Shown here in pieces: positions 1 through 14,375 of a stretch of 64,000 nt of DNA. The stretch's first letter is position 1; each line of letters starts with the position of its first letter. The position numbers were made by a program, and so were the translations under genes. Under the pieces are notes generated by a model that made no database searches, was not told where the DNA came from, and saw nothing but the letters and a program-made list of their open reading frames with translations. The stretch comes from Octopus sinensis (taxonomy: Eukaryota), in contig NC_043012.1 of the NCBI RefSeq assembly GCF_006345805.1, positions 20,646,001-20,710,000 of the forward strand, written 5' to 3'.

Positions 1-974
1 TTCTATCTCTCTTCTCTCTCTCTCTCTCTCTCTCCTCTCTCACTTTCATTCTCTCCACTCCCACCCTCACACACAAATGTTCCGAGTCCAAGACTCCCCA
101 GAGAGATTAAATACATAGGAAGCATCTGGTAAATCTAGAACAATCGCTAAATTCCAGGCCTTTTGCCAAAAGAATTTGAAAATGCGCATAATCTCTGTAG
201 AGTCGCATGTAAAAGTTACGAATGTATATAATACTTCTCTGCTGTAATATTGAACATTCACGCCTCATTTCATCCCACGATAAACTTGACTGAAATCGCT
301 GACAATAAGCGTTACTTTAATACCACACCCATATCGCTGACAATACGCATTTTAATACACACACATCACTCCCATATTGGCTTCAAATTACTTATGATTA
401 ATTCCTCTTTACATTACTGCTATTGATATCAATTAAAAGAAAACCACCTCTAATATTATGTTGTAGTTTGTGTCTATTAAATATAAACTGTTTTCTATGA
501 CGTTTGTGCTTATTAATATAAGTACCATTTATTTCAGAAAGATCGCCTTCATCATACCAACCGCAAGTTTGCAATAAAAATGAGCTTTTAAATGGATCTG
601 AGAATTTATAACCATTGCTTAAATAGGCATTGCCTTCAGTCGCAAGCAATTGTGACATCTCCACAATTTTATATGTATATTCTTTTATTCTTTCACTTGT
701 TTCATTTATCTGACCGCGGCCTTGCTGGAGCACCACTTTAAGTCGAACAAATCGGAACTGAAACCGGAACCATGTGGTTGGGAATCGAGCTACTTACCTC
801 AGCATCCACTCCTGAGCCTATGCAAATATATATCCTTTAAATTCGTGTATGGGAAACTCTTTTGAATACGCATATAAAAGTTCCTGTGCTATCCTGTCGG
901 CTACGGGCTATTGATTTCAAACTTGCAACAGCATTTTTATGGGATCGTACCGTGCGATACCTATATGATGCAGG

Positions 975-1099
975 ATAATAATAATATAATAACAACAACA
1001 ATAATAATAATAGTATTAACACCAACAACAACGACAATAATAATAATAACAACAATAATAACAACAACAACAGCACCAACAATAATAATTATAATAATA
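975..1099. repeat. (AAT/AAC)n microsatellite abutting a Dong/R4 fragment
   Basis: Direct trinucleotide run aataataat/aacaacaac. Confidence 0.95.
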
Positions 1100-1545
1100 A
1101 TGCGTCCATCCTCAAATGGACTAAGGAAAAAATATCGACACGGGATAGAAGAACGAGAAAGTCGATGTGGCCGCTTGGGGCGCTACACTCTAAAGCAAAC
1201 ATAAACAGACTGTATCTGAAAAGAAAGAATGGTAGCAGAGGACTAATTAGTATAGACCATTGTATAACAAGTGAGAGGAGAATGCTTGCCTTGTATTTGA
1301 TAAATAGTGATGAAGACCTACTGTAGTATACCGCGAAAGATACAGGTGTAAATGCAGATGAAATGATGGGCAAGGAATAGTTTAACCAAAGCGCTGAGGA
1401 GAAGAGAAAAGAAGACCTTCTTGAAATGAGAATGCATGGACTATCCAAAAGGAATACGCAAGACGATAAGGATGATACAGCATCATGGGCATGGCTTGAG
1501 CGAGATGATTTGAAGCGTACCACCGGATCTTTGCTTCACAAGACC
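1100..1545 (+). mobile_element. R4/Dong-clade non-LTR retrotransposon fragment (post-RT region), decayed
   Basis: Manual translation gives ILKWTKEK..DRRTRK..GALHSKANINRLYLKRKNGSRGLISI and MHGL..ASWAWLERDDLKRTTGSLL. These match the LHPxxxVDRLYxxRxxGGRGL and SWxWLxxGxLKxETE motifs of R4/Dong elements. In-frame stops are present. Confidence 0.85.
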
Positions 1546-1612
1546 AATATTTCGCTACCGATTCAGGGAAGTATAATATCTATAAAATTTCTAACACCCA
1601 GAAATGCAGATA

Positions 1613-1630
1613 TGTAGGTAGGTAGATAGC

Positions 1631-1727
<97 letters not shown>
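1613..1727. repeat. (AGAT)n tetranucleotide microsatellite
   Basis: Direct repeat run. Confidence 0.97.
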
Positions 1728-1728
<1 letters not shown>

Positions 1729-2525
1729 CCGAACTTCTTTTCTTATAGTTCTCTTTGCAATAAACAGAATACATCATCTTTGCCAAATGAATAAATGAGT
1801 AAATATATAAATGAATAAATGAATAAACAAATATATGAATAAATAAAATGATTCGTAATATATAAAAGCTTAATATATGTCTGCAGAAAATCCAGATTCA
1901 GAAATAACTATAAAAATCGATGTTATGGATTGAAAGTATCAATTAAAACCCCAGATAAGCTAAATGTTTGTGTGAAATATTCAGCTTACAAAGTTCATCC
2001 CAATAACATCACTTATGGGATAATTACAAATTGGACACTTTAATAGAAAGTATGTTAGCCTTATGAGCATAACGGAGGTATTAGCTTTATACAATATACT
2101 CCAAGGGCCTTATATGAATTATAACCAACATTATGAAGCTGTAAATTGTTAGTAATGTGTTTACAGTTTGGTTAGTTATAGAGTGTCTTCATTTTTAAAC
2201 AAAATTGCTTTTCAGAATAATTCTAAAGTAATTATAACAATATCCCAGTAGAGAATAATATTTTATAAGCAAAATCGCAAAAGCATACGATCGTTAACAG
2301 AAATGGCATTCAATTATATAATTCTTGATTGCTTCAAGCTAGACAGGAAAACCTGTAATAAAAACAAATAAAAGCCACTAGTGATTTGTGTATTGTAATA
2401 GGTATATTTGTTCAACCAAATATACCATATATATATATATGAAGCAGTGAAATAAATGTGCACACACGAATATATATGCATTTATACATACACATATACA
2501 TGAATAAATGTATTTATGTGCGAGG

Positions 2526-2578
<53 letters not shown>

Positions 2579-2837
2579 CAAAGATTAGAAGTTATTGAAC
2601 ATCCAGACATCCATACATTTTATATGCATTCTGTACTGGTTAAACTTGGCTAACTAAATTCTATAGTGACAGTCATTGTAGTCCACGTGTAACTTGATAT
2701 GAGATCACCAAGTTACGCACATAAGATTGCGATGCATGTACCTAATGTACCTTTATCGGTCTGGGTCTCCTGATGGGTATATAGTACTTCGTATATTTGT
2801 ACCCCACCATCACTTTCATGGCCTACATTGCTCTCAA

Positions 2838-2848
2838 TAGTAGTAGTA

Positions 2849-2903
<55 letters not shown>

Positions 2904-2960
2904 AAGCACTAGTAGTAGTAGTAGTAGTAGTAGTAGTAGAAGCACTAGTAGTAGAAGCAC

Positions 2961-3024
<64 letters not shown>
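2838..3024. repeat. (TAG)n microsatellite with agcac interruptions
   Basis: Direct repeat run; it explains the poly-T, poly-S, poly-L and poly-V ORFs at 2713-3184. Confidence 0.97.
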
Positions 3025-3025
<1 letters not shown>

Positions 3026-3089
3026 TCAATAATGTTAATAGTAACAATCATTTCTACAATAGGCACAAAGTCCTGCAATTTCATGGTGG

Positions 3090-3262
3090 GCGTAAGTCAA
3101 TTACTTCGACCCCAGTATTCCACTGGTACTAATTTTATCGACACCGGAAGGATGAAAGTCAAAGTTGACCTCGGCAGAATTTGAAGACAGAACGTAAAGA
3201 CGGACGAAATCCCGCTAAACATTTCGCCAGGCGTGCCTACGATTCTGCCATCTCGCCACCTT
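3090..3262 (+). mobile_element. SINE-like dispersed repeat, family B
   Basis: cgaccccagt..actggtact..ttatcgac..aaggatgaaag..aaagt.gacctcggc.gaatttgaa recurs at 53441-53635 (+), 26590-26760 (-) and, degenerate, at ~13320-13420. Confidence 0.8.
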
Positions 3263-3799
3263 AATGTTAATTGTAATAATAAGGATAATAATATGGTAAT
3301 AATTATATTGCGATTAGTAGTAATAAGAAAAACATCAACCTAGTGTCATATATAATGAAAATGAAATATCAAGCGTGAATAGAGAAGGCATGTGTATATC
3401 TAATGTATCATAGATTAATGCAAAAGCGACTTCGAGCTGAAAATCTAATGTCGTCAGTAGGTAAAATGTGAACTTTTCCAGATATCGGCTTCGCTGTTTA
3501 TGCAATTGTACAAACATTCTAAAATGTCCATTACATAACAAATACATAGGAAAAAATTATTTTACATGTTCAGTGGAAAGAAGGGGAATGCACTTGCTAC
3601 AATATAATCGTTTACATAACTGATTTTAAGTTAAGAATATATAGTCATTTTCCTTCGTTCAATTATGGAAAAAAGAAAACTTCATTTTAAGTAAATTCAT
3701 CAGAAGTCTATGAGGGAGAAATGTGAAGTAAAATATTAAACGGTCTACAATAAGTAGTGCCCTGTTGTATTCTTTAACTTCTGTCAATCATTTCATTGT

Positions 3800-4045
3800 A
3801 GCCATGCTGGAGCACCACGTTTAGTCGAAGAAATCGACCACAGGACTTATTCTATCAGTATCTTTTGCCGAATAGCACACACATATAAACACGATGGGCA
3901 TGTTTCCGTTTACCAAATCCACAAACAAGGCATTTGTCGGCCCGAGGCTGTTGTAGAAGACACTGGACTAAGGCGCCGCGCAATGGGGCTGAGCCTGGAA
4001 CCATGTAGTTGGGATGAAGCTTACCACACAGCCACGCCTGCGCCT
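3800..4045 (-). mobile_element. tRNA-derived SINE, family A, degenerate
   Basis: Reverse complement matches the copies at 37211 and 57559 (gtggctgtgtggtaag..catggttcc..gtcttct..gggccgac..gatttggta.acggaaac). Confidence 0.75.
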
Positions 4046-4328
4046 AATAGTAACTAAAATTCACTTATACATCGCGGAGAAACTTAAGCTATTTTCTCTC
4101 CTAAGCAGTGTGGCACTGTTTCAATAAGTATAGAATAGCGTTTAATATCTCTATTTCTGAATAATGTTAAACGACTAATTAAATATTTACGATCGATCAA
4201 TAAGCAAGTTTACTTCATCGAAGAAATTTAGAAATTGGCAATGTATCCGAAATATGTGAAAACTGATTGAAGAATGTACAATTATCCATTCATTTTTACA
4301 CGCACACATATTATATATATATATACAT

Positions 4329-4378
<50 letters not shown>

Positions 4379-4391
4379 CACACACCTATAT

Positions 4392-4435
<44 letters not shown>

Positions 4436-4995
4436 TGCCCCCTCGCAATCGAGTATGGCCATTCCACGAAGCTTAACTGTTACTGGTGCTGTGATCGAAT
4501 GTGACTTTTTAACCCAGCTAAAGATCTACTATGTATACATAAATGCATGCATACATACATAGATATACATGTGCGCGCAAGTATACATATAAATAAAATA
4601 TATACGTGAGGCAGGGTATAAGAAATGATAATTGATTGTAATTGGTAGAATTACGAAGAATTCCTACTCGGGTCTCACCATTATGCTTGCTTGTAATTCC
4701 TGCATTGGATGCTCCAAATTGATTGCGATTATTAACCAGAACGTATCACCAGAGATTAAGTTACAGAGATTTCAGTAGATGATGAGGCATTTTATTATTT
4801 CTTTCTTTCTCTCTTTCAGTTACTTTTTCTCTCGTCCTGTTTTCTCTTCCTTTCCTTCTTCTCTTTTCTGTCTCACTTTTCTTCTCACTTTATTCTCTGT
4901 CTTTTTTACACTCTCACACTGTTTTATTTCGTAGTCCCTTTCTCCCGTTCGCTGCAGTTGTTTTACTTCTAATTATTTACCAAAATACTTATACA

Positions 4996-5250
4996 ATGCC
5001 TCGGGAACTACCACCTGTGTCATCTCTTGTGAAAGGTAGGAGAGTCCAGTTTGCTGGACATTCTTGTAGAGCTGAAAACGAAGCAATTTCTATTCTTCTC
5101 CTCTGGAAGCCATCTACTTGCAATACCATAGGGCGCACACTCTCCTACCATGATGTAATCTCCAGGGATACAGGCATCCAGCAACAGGACTTCCGTAATG
5201 CTATGATGGACCGTGAAGTCTGGCGTAGCATGGTAAATTCCATTGCCTCG
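4996..5250 (+). mobile_element. RTE-clade LINE 3' fragment
   Basis: ORF text RRVQFAGHSCR..ISILLLWKP..GRTLSYHDVISRDTG..AMMDREVWRSMV is typical of the RTE ORF C-terminus. Confidence 0.75.
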
Positions 5251-5460
5251 ATACACACATATATATATATGGGGGTGTATGTGTATTTGTGTGTGTGTGT
5301 ATTTTCAGGCCTAGGCATGGCTGTGTATTGGAAAACTTGGTTGCAAACATATAATTTCCGGTTCAGTACCACTGCACGTATCATCTAATAAAAAGTCCAG
5401 GGTGGACGAAAATCTTTCAAGGGAAATTATTTGAAGGAAATAGAACGAAGCCTATCATGC

Positions 5461-5535
<75 letters not shown>

Positions 5536-5589
5536 AATGGATTCACTGCGTTCAATTAAATAATAATAATAAATAATATATATATATAT

Positions 5590-6709
<1,120 letters not shown>

Positions 6710-6710
<1 letters not shown>

Positions 6711-6946
6711 ATATTAATTAGTCACAAAAACACAGAATCTTGACTTATTGCTGCTTCATTTATCAAGGTTCTCTGTTTTAGCCGCCATAGTGATAGTAAC
6801 GATGGGTATTCTTGAGGGAAATTAGTTGTGACTAATTTGTTATAACTAATTATCTATAATAACTATCATTACTAAAACAGAGAACCATGATAACTGAAAC
6901 AGAAACAGCTGTAAGTCGAGATTCTGTGTTTTTGTATCTAATTAAT
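6710..6946. repeat. MITE-like fold-back with ~70-bp imperfect arms
   Basis: aaaaacacagaatcttgactta..ggttctctgttttag (6726-6781) pairs with ctaaaacagagaacc..taagtcgagattctgtgttttt (6872-6932). Confidence 0.7.
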
Positions 6947-7225
6947 AAATGATAACGATGTAAATCAGTTGTTATCCATTAATTGTATCTGCATTTTCTG
7001 TTTTCTTATAAATATTGATAAGCTCCAGTTTATGTTTTTCATTACCTATCATTTATGAGCATTAAAACCAATGCTCATGATTAAGCATAGATAATACACC
7101 AGTGGTGTATTAATAACCTCCATCTTAACCTCATCTAGACATAAATACATACACATATATATATATACATATATGCATACATACATATATACACACACAT
7201 ATGTAAACATATATATGTATATATA

Positions 7226-7289
<64 letters not shown>

Positions 7290-7490
7290 TGTGTGTGTGT
7301 GTGTGTGTCTGTGTGTGTGTGTATGTATTTACATATATATACACACAAAGAGAAATACCTATAGAATACGTACTAGGATTAAAACCAAGTACTGAGATCG
7401 ATTTACTTAACCTTTCATGATTATGCCCCAGCATGACCGTAATCCAGTGATATAGAAATACAATAGCTACAGATTGACGTCATACGTATA

Positions 7491-7542
<52 letters not shown>

Positions 7543-9579
7543 TATATATATATATATATATAGACGCCACTGCAAAGTGTTATAGCAGAATTTTATAGCT
7601 TTACTGAAGAATGATTTTTACATATATCTTTACACTAGAAATGGAGGGGAGAGATGAATATTTATGATATGGAAGTTCATTCTTATGCTTGACGCATGTT
7701 CCAGTTACTTTTGTTTGCAATATCAGGAATATCACGTACTTATTTTAGTGCAATACATATATTTCCCTCCGCCCCCATCCCTTTACCAATCTCTTTCATG
7801 GTGCCTTGTTTCCAGTAAAGTACGTCGGAGTATTGTCTATTCTATTATAGTAGGAAATAAAATGCTTTAGGTTAGTAAGACAGTTAGATTGCCGAGCAAT
7901 ATGCCTCCTTCGCTTTCTTGTGTCTCATCTCGTTAGCATTGCTTTCCAAACTTTTTGGGCACATTACGATACCACTAACTTACTTCAGTTGTTTTAAGAG
8001 ACTATCTAAAATTATGGCCCTTGTACCTCAATTATAAATATTTCTAGGCGTAAACGGGTGCTGGATAAACATAATCGTTAAGAGTAGGAAAGAAGTTTTG
8101 CGATATTTGTTGTGCCTCTTTATGTTTTCACTTCAAATAATTCCAAGCACAACATACTTTTCACCCTTTCGTTTCCACAATATGTAATGCCAAGAAAGTA
8201 CTCTAATCGACCTAGTCCACTGTTCGGCAAGACTCTAATTTCTGGATTTGTGGCTTTGTTAAAACTTACTCCGGAACTAGTCGATGGAGTCAATAAAATT
8301 GGCTATGGATGCAACAGAGGCTGCGTTAGATAGTTGTAAACCAGGTGCAGTGCTACCATGGGTAGTGTTATATAGACACCAACTGGGATCAGAACAACTC
8401 TGGCTGAACAGCCTGAGCAAGAGTGGGTTATAGTTGAAATTTCCCAAACCTGCAGTAACCCATGAAATATCACTCAGCACATACCCATGTGAATCGCACG
8501 ATGATGCATAAAACCATATTAAAGTGCGAGTGTTTGTGTCCTCTTATGCAAATTTATGTTCCGTAAAACTTGGGAACAAACGACAACGAAAATCTCTTTC
8601 GAAATGTTATTGAACATTGCGACTTAGAATATATGTATCCTATATTTGTGTAACTCAACTCTTTCTACTATTCAAACCGTATTATTGGAACCTCAGGTGT
8701 GAGTAAAATTATAATTGCCATTCCCAATTTATCCCTGGGCACTGTTTCGCCTCTTAGCAACTTTTAAAATCCAATTTAAAAATCTACTTTGCGAGTCCCT
8801 AATGAATAATTCTGAATAGAATTCTAACTTGAAGACGAGTCTAGGCATATTTCCGATTTAATTCAATATCTAATATGCTTTTTACTAAAGAAAATGGTTT
8901 TCGACAGATGTAGTTCAATATATATATATGCTTGCTTACAATCATTTCTAACATTATTTTCAAGTTCCAGTCGTATAAGTTACGAAGTTATAATTGGATA
9001 GAAATATTTTTGTTATTTCTTTTTTCCAAGTAAAACTGAAATATTTTCTAAAATATATTGTTACATCCGTCGTCATGATGACGTGTATAATTCATCACCA
9101 AGAGAATTTTCGAAGTAATTTTTTAGTAGAATAAGAGAGATATACAGCACATTGTATTTCACAAACTTTCTCGTGATAATGGAATTTGTGGAAAGTGTGA
9201 ACAATATATTACACGTAGCATGACCGAATAGATTAAGTATCACTACCCGTGTTCACATCAATAAAGTTAGACACAAGATATATAAGGCGATCTTCTGTGT
9301 GACACTTAACTCTATTCATTTCACTTTAAATAACAACAGTAAATCTGTGAAATCGTCTAGAAATGTTCAGTTATAAATGACAAATGAGAAATCGGCCGTC
9401 ATTTCTGTATATGTTTTAGTTATTTTAAAAACAATTATTTGTCCGAGCTACATGCAAATGCAGTAATTTTGTGTAATATTGTGCTGAACTCGCAAAAAAA
9501 AAGACTCGATTTTTTAAAGATGTAAACTTACGGTGCAGAGTTAATAGCTGTGTGGTAAAAAAAGGTAAATTGATGTAGA

Positions 9580-9768
9580 ACCATGTCGACTCATAAGGGC
9601 TGCATTACCGGTTTCCGTGGGGTCTGTATGCCCCTACCTGAGTGGACAGGAGCAACGTGAAGTGAAATACTTTGCTCAAGAACACAATGAGTCGCCCGGT
9701 CCAAGAATTGAAATTACAATCTTACGATCATAGGTCCAACACACTAACCATTAAGTCACGTGGCTCCT
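9580..9768 (-). mobile_element. tRNA-derived SINE, family C, degenerate
   Basis: Reverse complement begins ggagccacgtgacttaatggttagtgtg..gatcgtaagattg..ttcaattcttggaccgggcg, similar to the copies at 23151, 37802 and 58362. Confidence 0.7.
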
Positions 9769-10149
9769 CAATAGCTGTATGGCAAGTGGTCCATTCGTCT
9801 GTTACCAATAGGAATTTTACTGAAATAAACTTAAAACCTTATATTCCCATTTGTCTGATTGTAATATCGAATAAAGAAAGGCACTGAAAGAAATGTTAGA
9901 GGGTTGGCGTCGTCTTTTATCGATTTGTGATCGTTAAAATAAGCTACTAGTCCAGTCCAGTCTGATCCTGAGGTGTAATCAAGAAACACAGCACTTCCAA
10001 ATGTTAGGCCTTTTATATCAGAATATCCTAAGAATACATAGTATATTCTAAGCGTTATCGAAGACTAATAACATTATCTAAAGAAAAACAACATACTTCA
10101 ATGTAAGTCATCTCGACAAACAATGAAACGACGAAGACTTTCCGCTTTA

Positions 10150-10800
10150 CAAAAAGGGAAGAGCAACTCCGAATTACGAGAATAAGACATAGAAAATGTA
10201 GAAACAATCATAAAACTATGCATTCCCATCATCAGCGGCTAAACGGATATGCATGTGGTTTTGACACCTTCACAACACCATTCAATCGGGTGGTATTAAC
10301 AACGTTAAAAACATAAATGGTACCTGAGAATCAATAATGATCAGCAGAAGCAAAACATTAGAATAATTTCTTTATCACACCAAACCTGCATGTTACTACA
10401 AGAATTATCAGTGTAAACAATCAATACTAACTTATAGTTACAAAACTGTAACCAAAATGCAAAGTACTTACTCTCAGAAAGGACATTGTGATCCTAAAAT
10501 TTAAATATTAAGTAACAAGTGAACTAAACATATTAAGGAAACAACTATTCAACCTTTGATATTCAGTATATTACCAACCCAAAGAAGCGCTAACCAAGAC
10601 CTTGAAATGTATAGAAAATACAACGAACATAGACTAAAAGATGCGCTGTTTCTCAATCTACGTCATATCAAACACTTGAAACCACATCAAAAACAAGCCC
10701 CGTAAGAACTAAGAGAAAAGTATATCCCACAACGAACGTCCTTTAATAATGTACAAGGAAAAAGGAAAACAGATATCAAATATCTATAACATGTATATTC
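10150..10800 (+). mobile_element. Possible highly decayed Penelope-like remnant
   Basis: A-rich coding-like composition with fragmentary WF/TPFNR-like words; no continuous frame. Confidence 0.25.
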
Positions 10801-13800
10801 AACTTTATAAATTAACTTAATCGAAGAAATAGCTAAATAAAAGTAAAAATATAATTGGGATTAGATTAAATTAAAATACATATGCAAATACGTAAGACAA
10901 TAAGGGCCAAGGTGAAAACTACCTAATTAAAACAAATTATTAATAAAATGTCCTAAGTACAAAATTGACGAAACAATACATTACTAACTAAACGACATCG
11001 TCTCCCTTATTTGAGGACAACTCAGCCAACATGTAAATGATAGAATAAATAAATATATATGGAGTTGATTTTCCTATATACACATAAGAGCTATAACTAT
11101 TCAAAATTACTAAATTGCTACATGTTAAAAATAATGAATTAGTACATGAAAATTGAATATATACTTCGTTTTTGATGTGTTACAGAACAATGAAATTAAG
11201 CAACTTAGTATTCCAGCAAGAGTAAAAAAAAAAGTTTAGGTAGAAGGAGAATAACATAGTTTTAATTTTTGGAGAAGACTAATTAAGCGATGTGTGTTTA
11301 GGCGGATACGATGTATAAAGACAACGGGAGGGAGATAAATGGGTGTATCATTCTGGTGGGGGTGTTAAGCAATTAGCTAGATTGCAGACAAGAACAACAG
11401 GTAGAACAAGAAACAGCTCGTCTGTAAATATGTATGCTAATGAAAGCATCTTAGGAAAATAAAATGGCTGGATTTTTTAAAATATGAAATGTATTATATT
11501 TCAGTGCTTAACAGCCACAATATACTCTAGATATTCGAGCAGTGCTCATACATTGGACTGACGTAAGCGTTTGTTGAATAAGCAACTAATAAGTTTATAC
11601 AGAAATCCTAAATTTGTGTAATTCTACTATTAATATTCAGGGCCACAATACATCACAAACTTAATCAGTTATGTACGATTACTATATAATGATAAAGTTA
11701 ATGCATCAAACACAGTTGTATTGAGAAATGAGAAGAAGAAAGAGGTAAAGACAGTCTGAAAAGTATCTGAGTTCCAAATCGATATAGCAATATTCAGTTC
11801 CTAGCAACACATTAGAAGAATCAGGGATGATTTTATAACGATATTATTTAGTTGTTAGAGTACACAAAGTTCAATAATGTAGGGAATCGACAACGCAAAA
11901 GTGTGCCATGCTATTTCCTTTACAACAAAAAAGAAACCAGTTAAATAAACGTTCTTGCTTATAAGACAAAGCCAGCCACTCTCAAGCCTATTAGATGCGT
12001 TATGGAGAATTTATATTTACATAATTCGATGTATGGGAAATGCAAGTTCCTGGGTTTACATATATAACTTCATATACGCACAAAAACAATCGTAACGTTA
12101 CATTCTTATTGATTCATTGAAAATAATGGCGGATATTGGACTAAATTTGTAAATTTGTTTTTAAAGATGTGTCTACCCATGTTTTTACAGAAACATATCG
12201 AACGCATCCCATAAGGGGAACAGAACACAGCTGAGCCCAGTTCAGAATTTGTGAGATAGAAATGAAGCGAAAAGCGTTTACACCATGAACATTATGTCAT
12301 ATTTTACTTAAACTGTATACAACCAGGATCCTAAATTCCAATGCGTTATTGATGTTTAAGATTGTAAGGAGTAACTTGGTACTGGTTTAGCTGTTATTTG
12401 TTGCAGATTAAACAACAATCTCCTGCAGCGTCGCTCTGTGACTCGAAACAAATGTAGAAACATATCAATTAGTCTAGAGGAATGGAAGCAAACCTCATTT
12501 GGCGTAATGAATGTGAGTGTGTTTGTATGTGGGAGGGGTGTTTGCGTGTACACGTGCGTGTGTGTGAGTGTGCACGTGTGTGTGTGTATGTGGATGGGTT
12601 TGTAAGTTGCTGTAGGCGACTTCCCTTTGTCAGTTGCTTTTTTGTCTCGGACATTCTATCATCGTATTCTAGTCTCAGCTGCGTGACATAGGTTAAGCCA
12701 AGCCTTAGTGTCAGTAATGGATGATGAAATATCTGTCATATTCCATCGAAATTGATGAAAATCTTATGGACAATATCTTTGTAAGCTATCGGGTTACAAA
12801 CATTATTGCAAACCATAACCCACAACTGGAGGAAAGAAAGACAACACTAAGGGTCCACGAAAGTGTCAGTGATTATTTCGTTCTTTGTTCTTTTAATTCT
12901 ATTTATTTACAACTTCTCTTGATGCAGCAATGCATTATAGTTACAGCTCTTTACTTATAATTTAAATGTGTCCTTAAATTGGTAGTATTTTATAGAGAAG
13001 AGCCAACATTGCATGTGTGCGATGAAGTGACCCTGAATATCAGACAACGAGCATTTGATTGTTGGTCTGATATACTGTCGCTTGGCCAACAGGGATTGTA
13101 TCTATTTGATACGTTATTAAATATAGTAATTTTATATTACGAAATGACTGTTGCTAATTCATAGTGAAAATGGTCGTTATTTATAATCTGATCAATGCAA
13201 AATAATGCTTTGCTTGTGACTATTTACGTAGTCTCTCAGCTTGTTGCTAGCTTAGTTCTTACTGTAAGCAAAATATTCCGTCCAGACATTGACACATAAT
13301 CGATTGAATCAAACTCAGTATATTAGTATAAGTCTTAACGGATAAAAAGCAAAGGCGACCTCGGCTAGATTTCACTTAGAAGCCAGAACGAGTGTAACTA
13401 AATACGTTAATGTATTTTGTTCTTCAGTTTAAATGCCGGACTATCTCTCCCACCAGCAGGCAAGAAAACGAATAAATGTTAGGAGAAAGTAAATAATGGA
13501 AGCAAAATGGACATAAAGATTTTTTTGATTCTATTATATTACAAGACGAACGAGTAAGTACGAGCAAAATGGTTACATAGGGAAACAATTCAAGTTTTAT
13601 GGGTATGGGTTTTGATTAACTCACTTAATTTAGCTTATTTATTCTCTGCATATCAGATTAAAGATTATGAGCATGCATACACCTAGTACGTTAAACATAC
13701 GAGAGGCTTTTGAAAATGCAGCACTAACAAGAGGATTGCAACTAACGTCGTTGCTTTGATTCATCCAGCAAATCCAATCAATATAAACGATGAATCTCTG

Positions 13801-14315
13801 TACTGCATATCAACTAAAAAAAAATACCATTTACTTACCGATTTTATTCAACATTCCGTCCTGAAATCACGACTCTTCCTAAACAGATTTCGTCAAATCT
13901 ATGTCCCCTAAGGTTTTATGAACATTAACAGGGCTGATGTTAGTAAAACAAAATAGAAGAAAAATTGTAAAAATCGACCACCCGCATTGTGGATCTTTCG
14001 TTGCTTTCAAATCCTACGTTAAACACCTAGCTCCTATCCTCGCTCAACAATTCAATGCCCACCATGAAGTATCTGTCAAAATTTAAGAAGAAGCATTACT
14101 TTATGTGGCCTTCACTATATTGACCCTCTACCTTGTAGAAATTACACGTAGATATTTCGCAAAATCCTTATATCACAAAATTCATTCGCTTAAGTCCATC
14201 GTATAATGCATAGATTAGCTTTCAACGTAAGAACCTTCTCATACATTTGAACCACTTTCAAGAAGTATATGTGATTATCGTTAGTAGTAGTCTTATGTGT
14301 ATATATATATAAGTA

Positions 14316-14375
<60 letters not shown>

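Noticed and set aside
398-736. 112-aa minus-strand ORF
   Set aside because: Its start lies in a SINE fragment, its length is near chance expectation for the window, and I recognise no family.
13839-13907. Minus-strand exon-like segment with a TACTAAC branch point and gtaagt donor
   Set aside because: All three frames contain stops; at most a non-coding exon, which cannot be supported from sequence alone.
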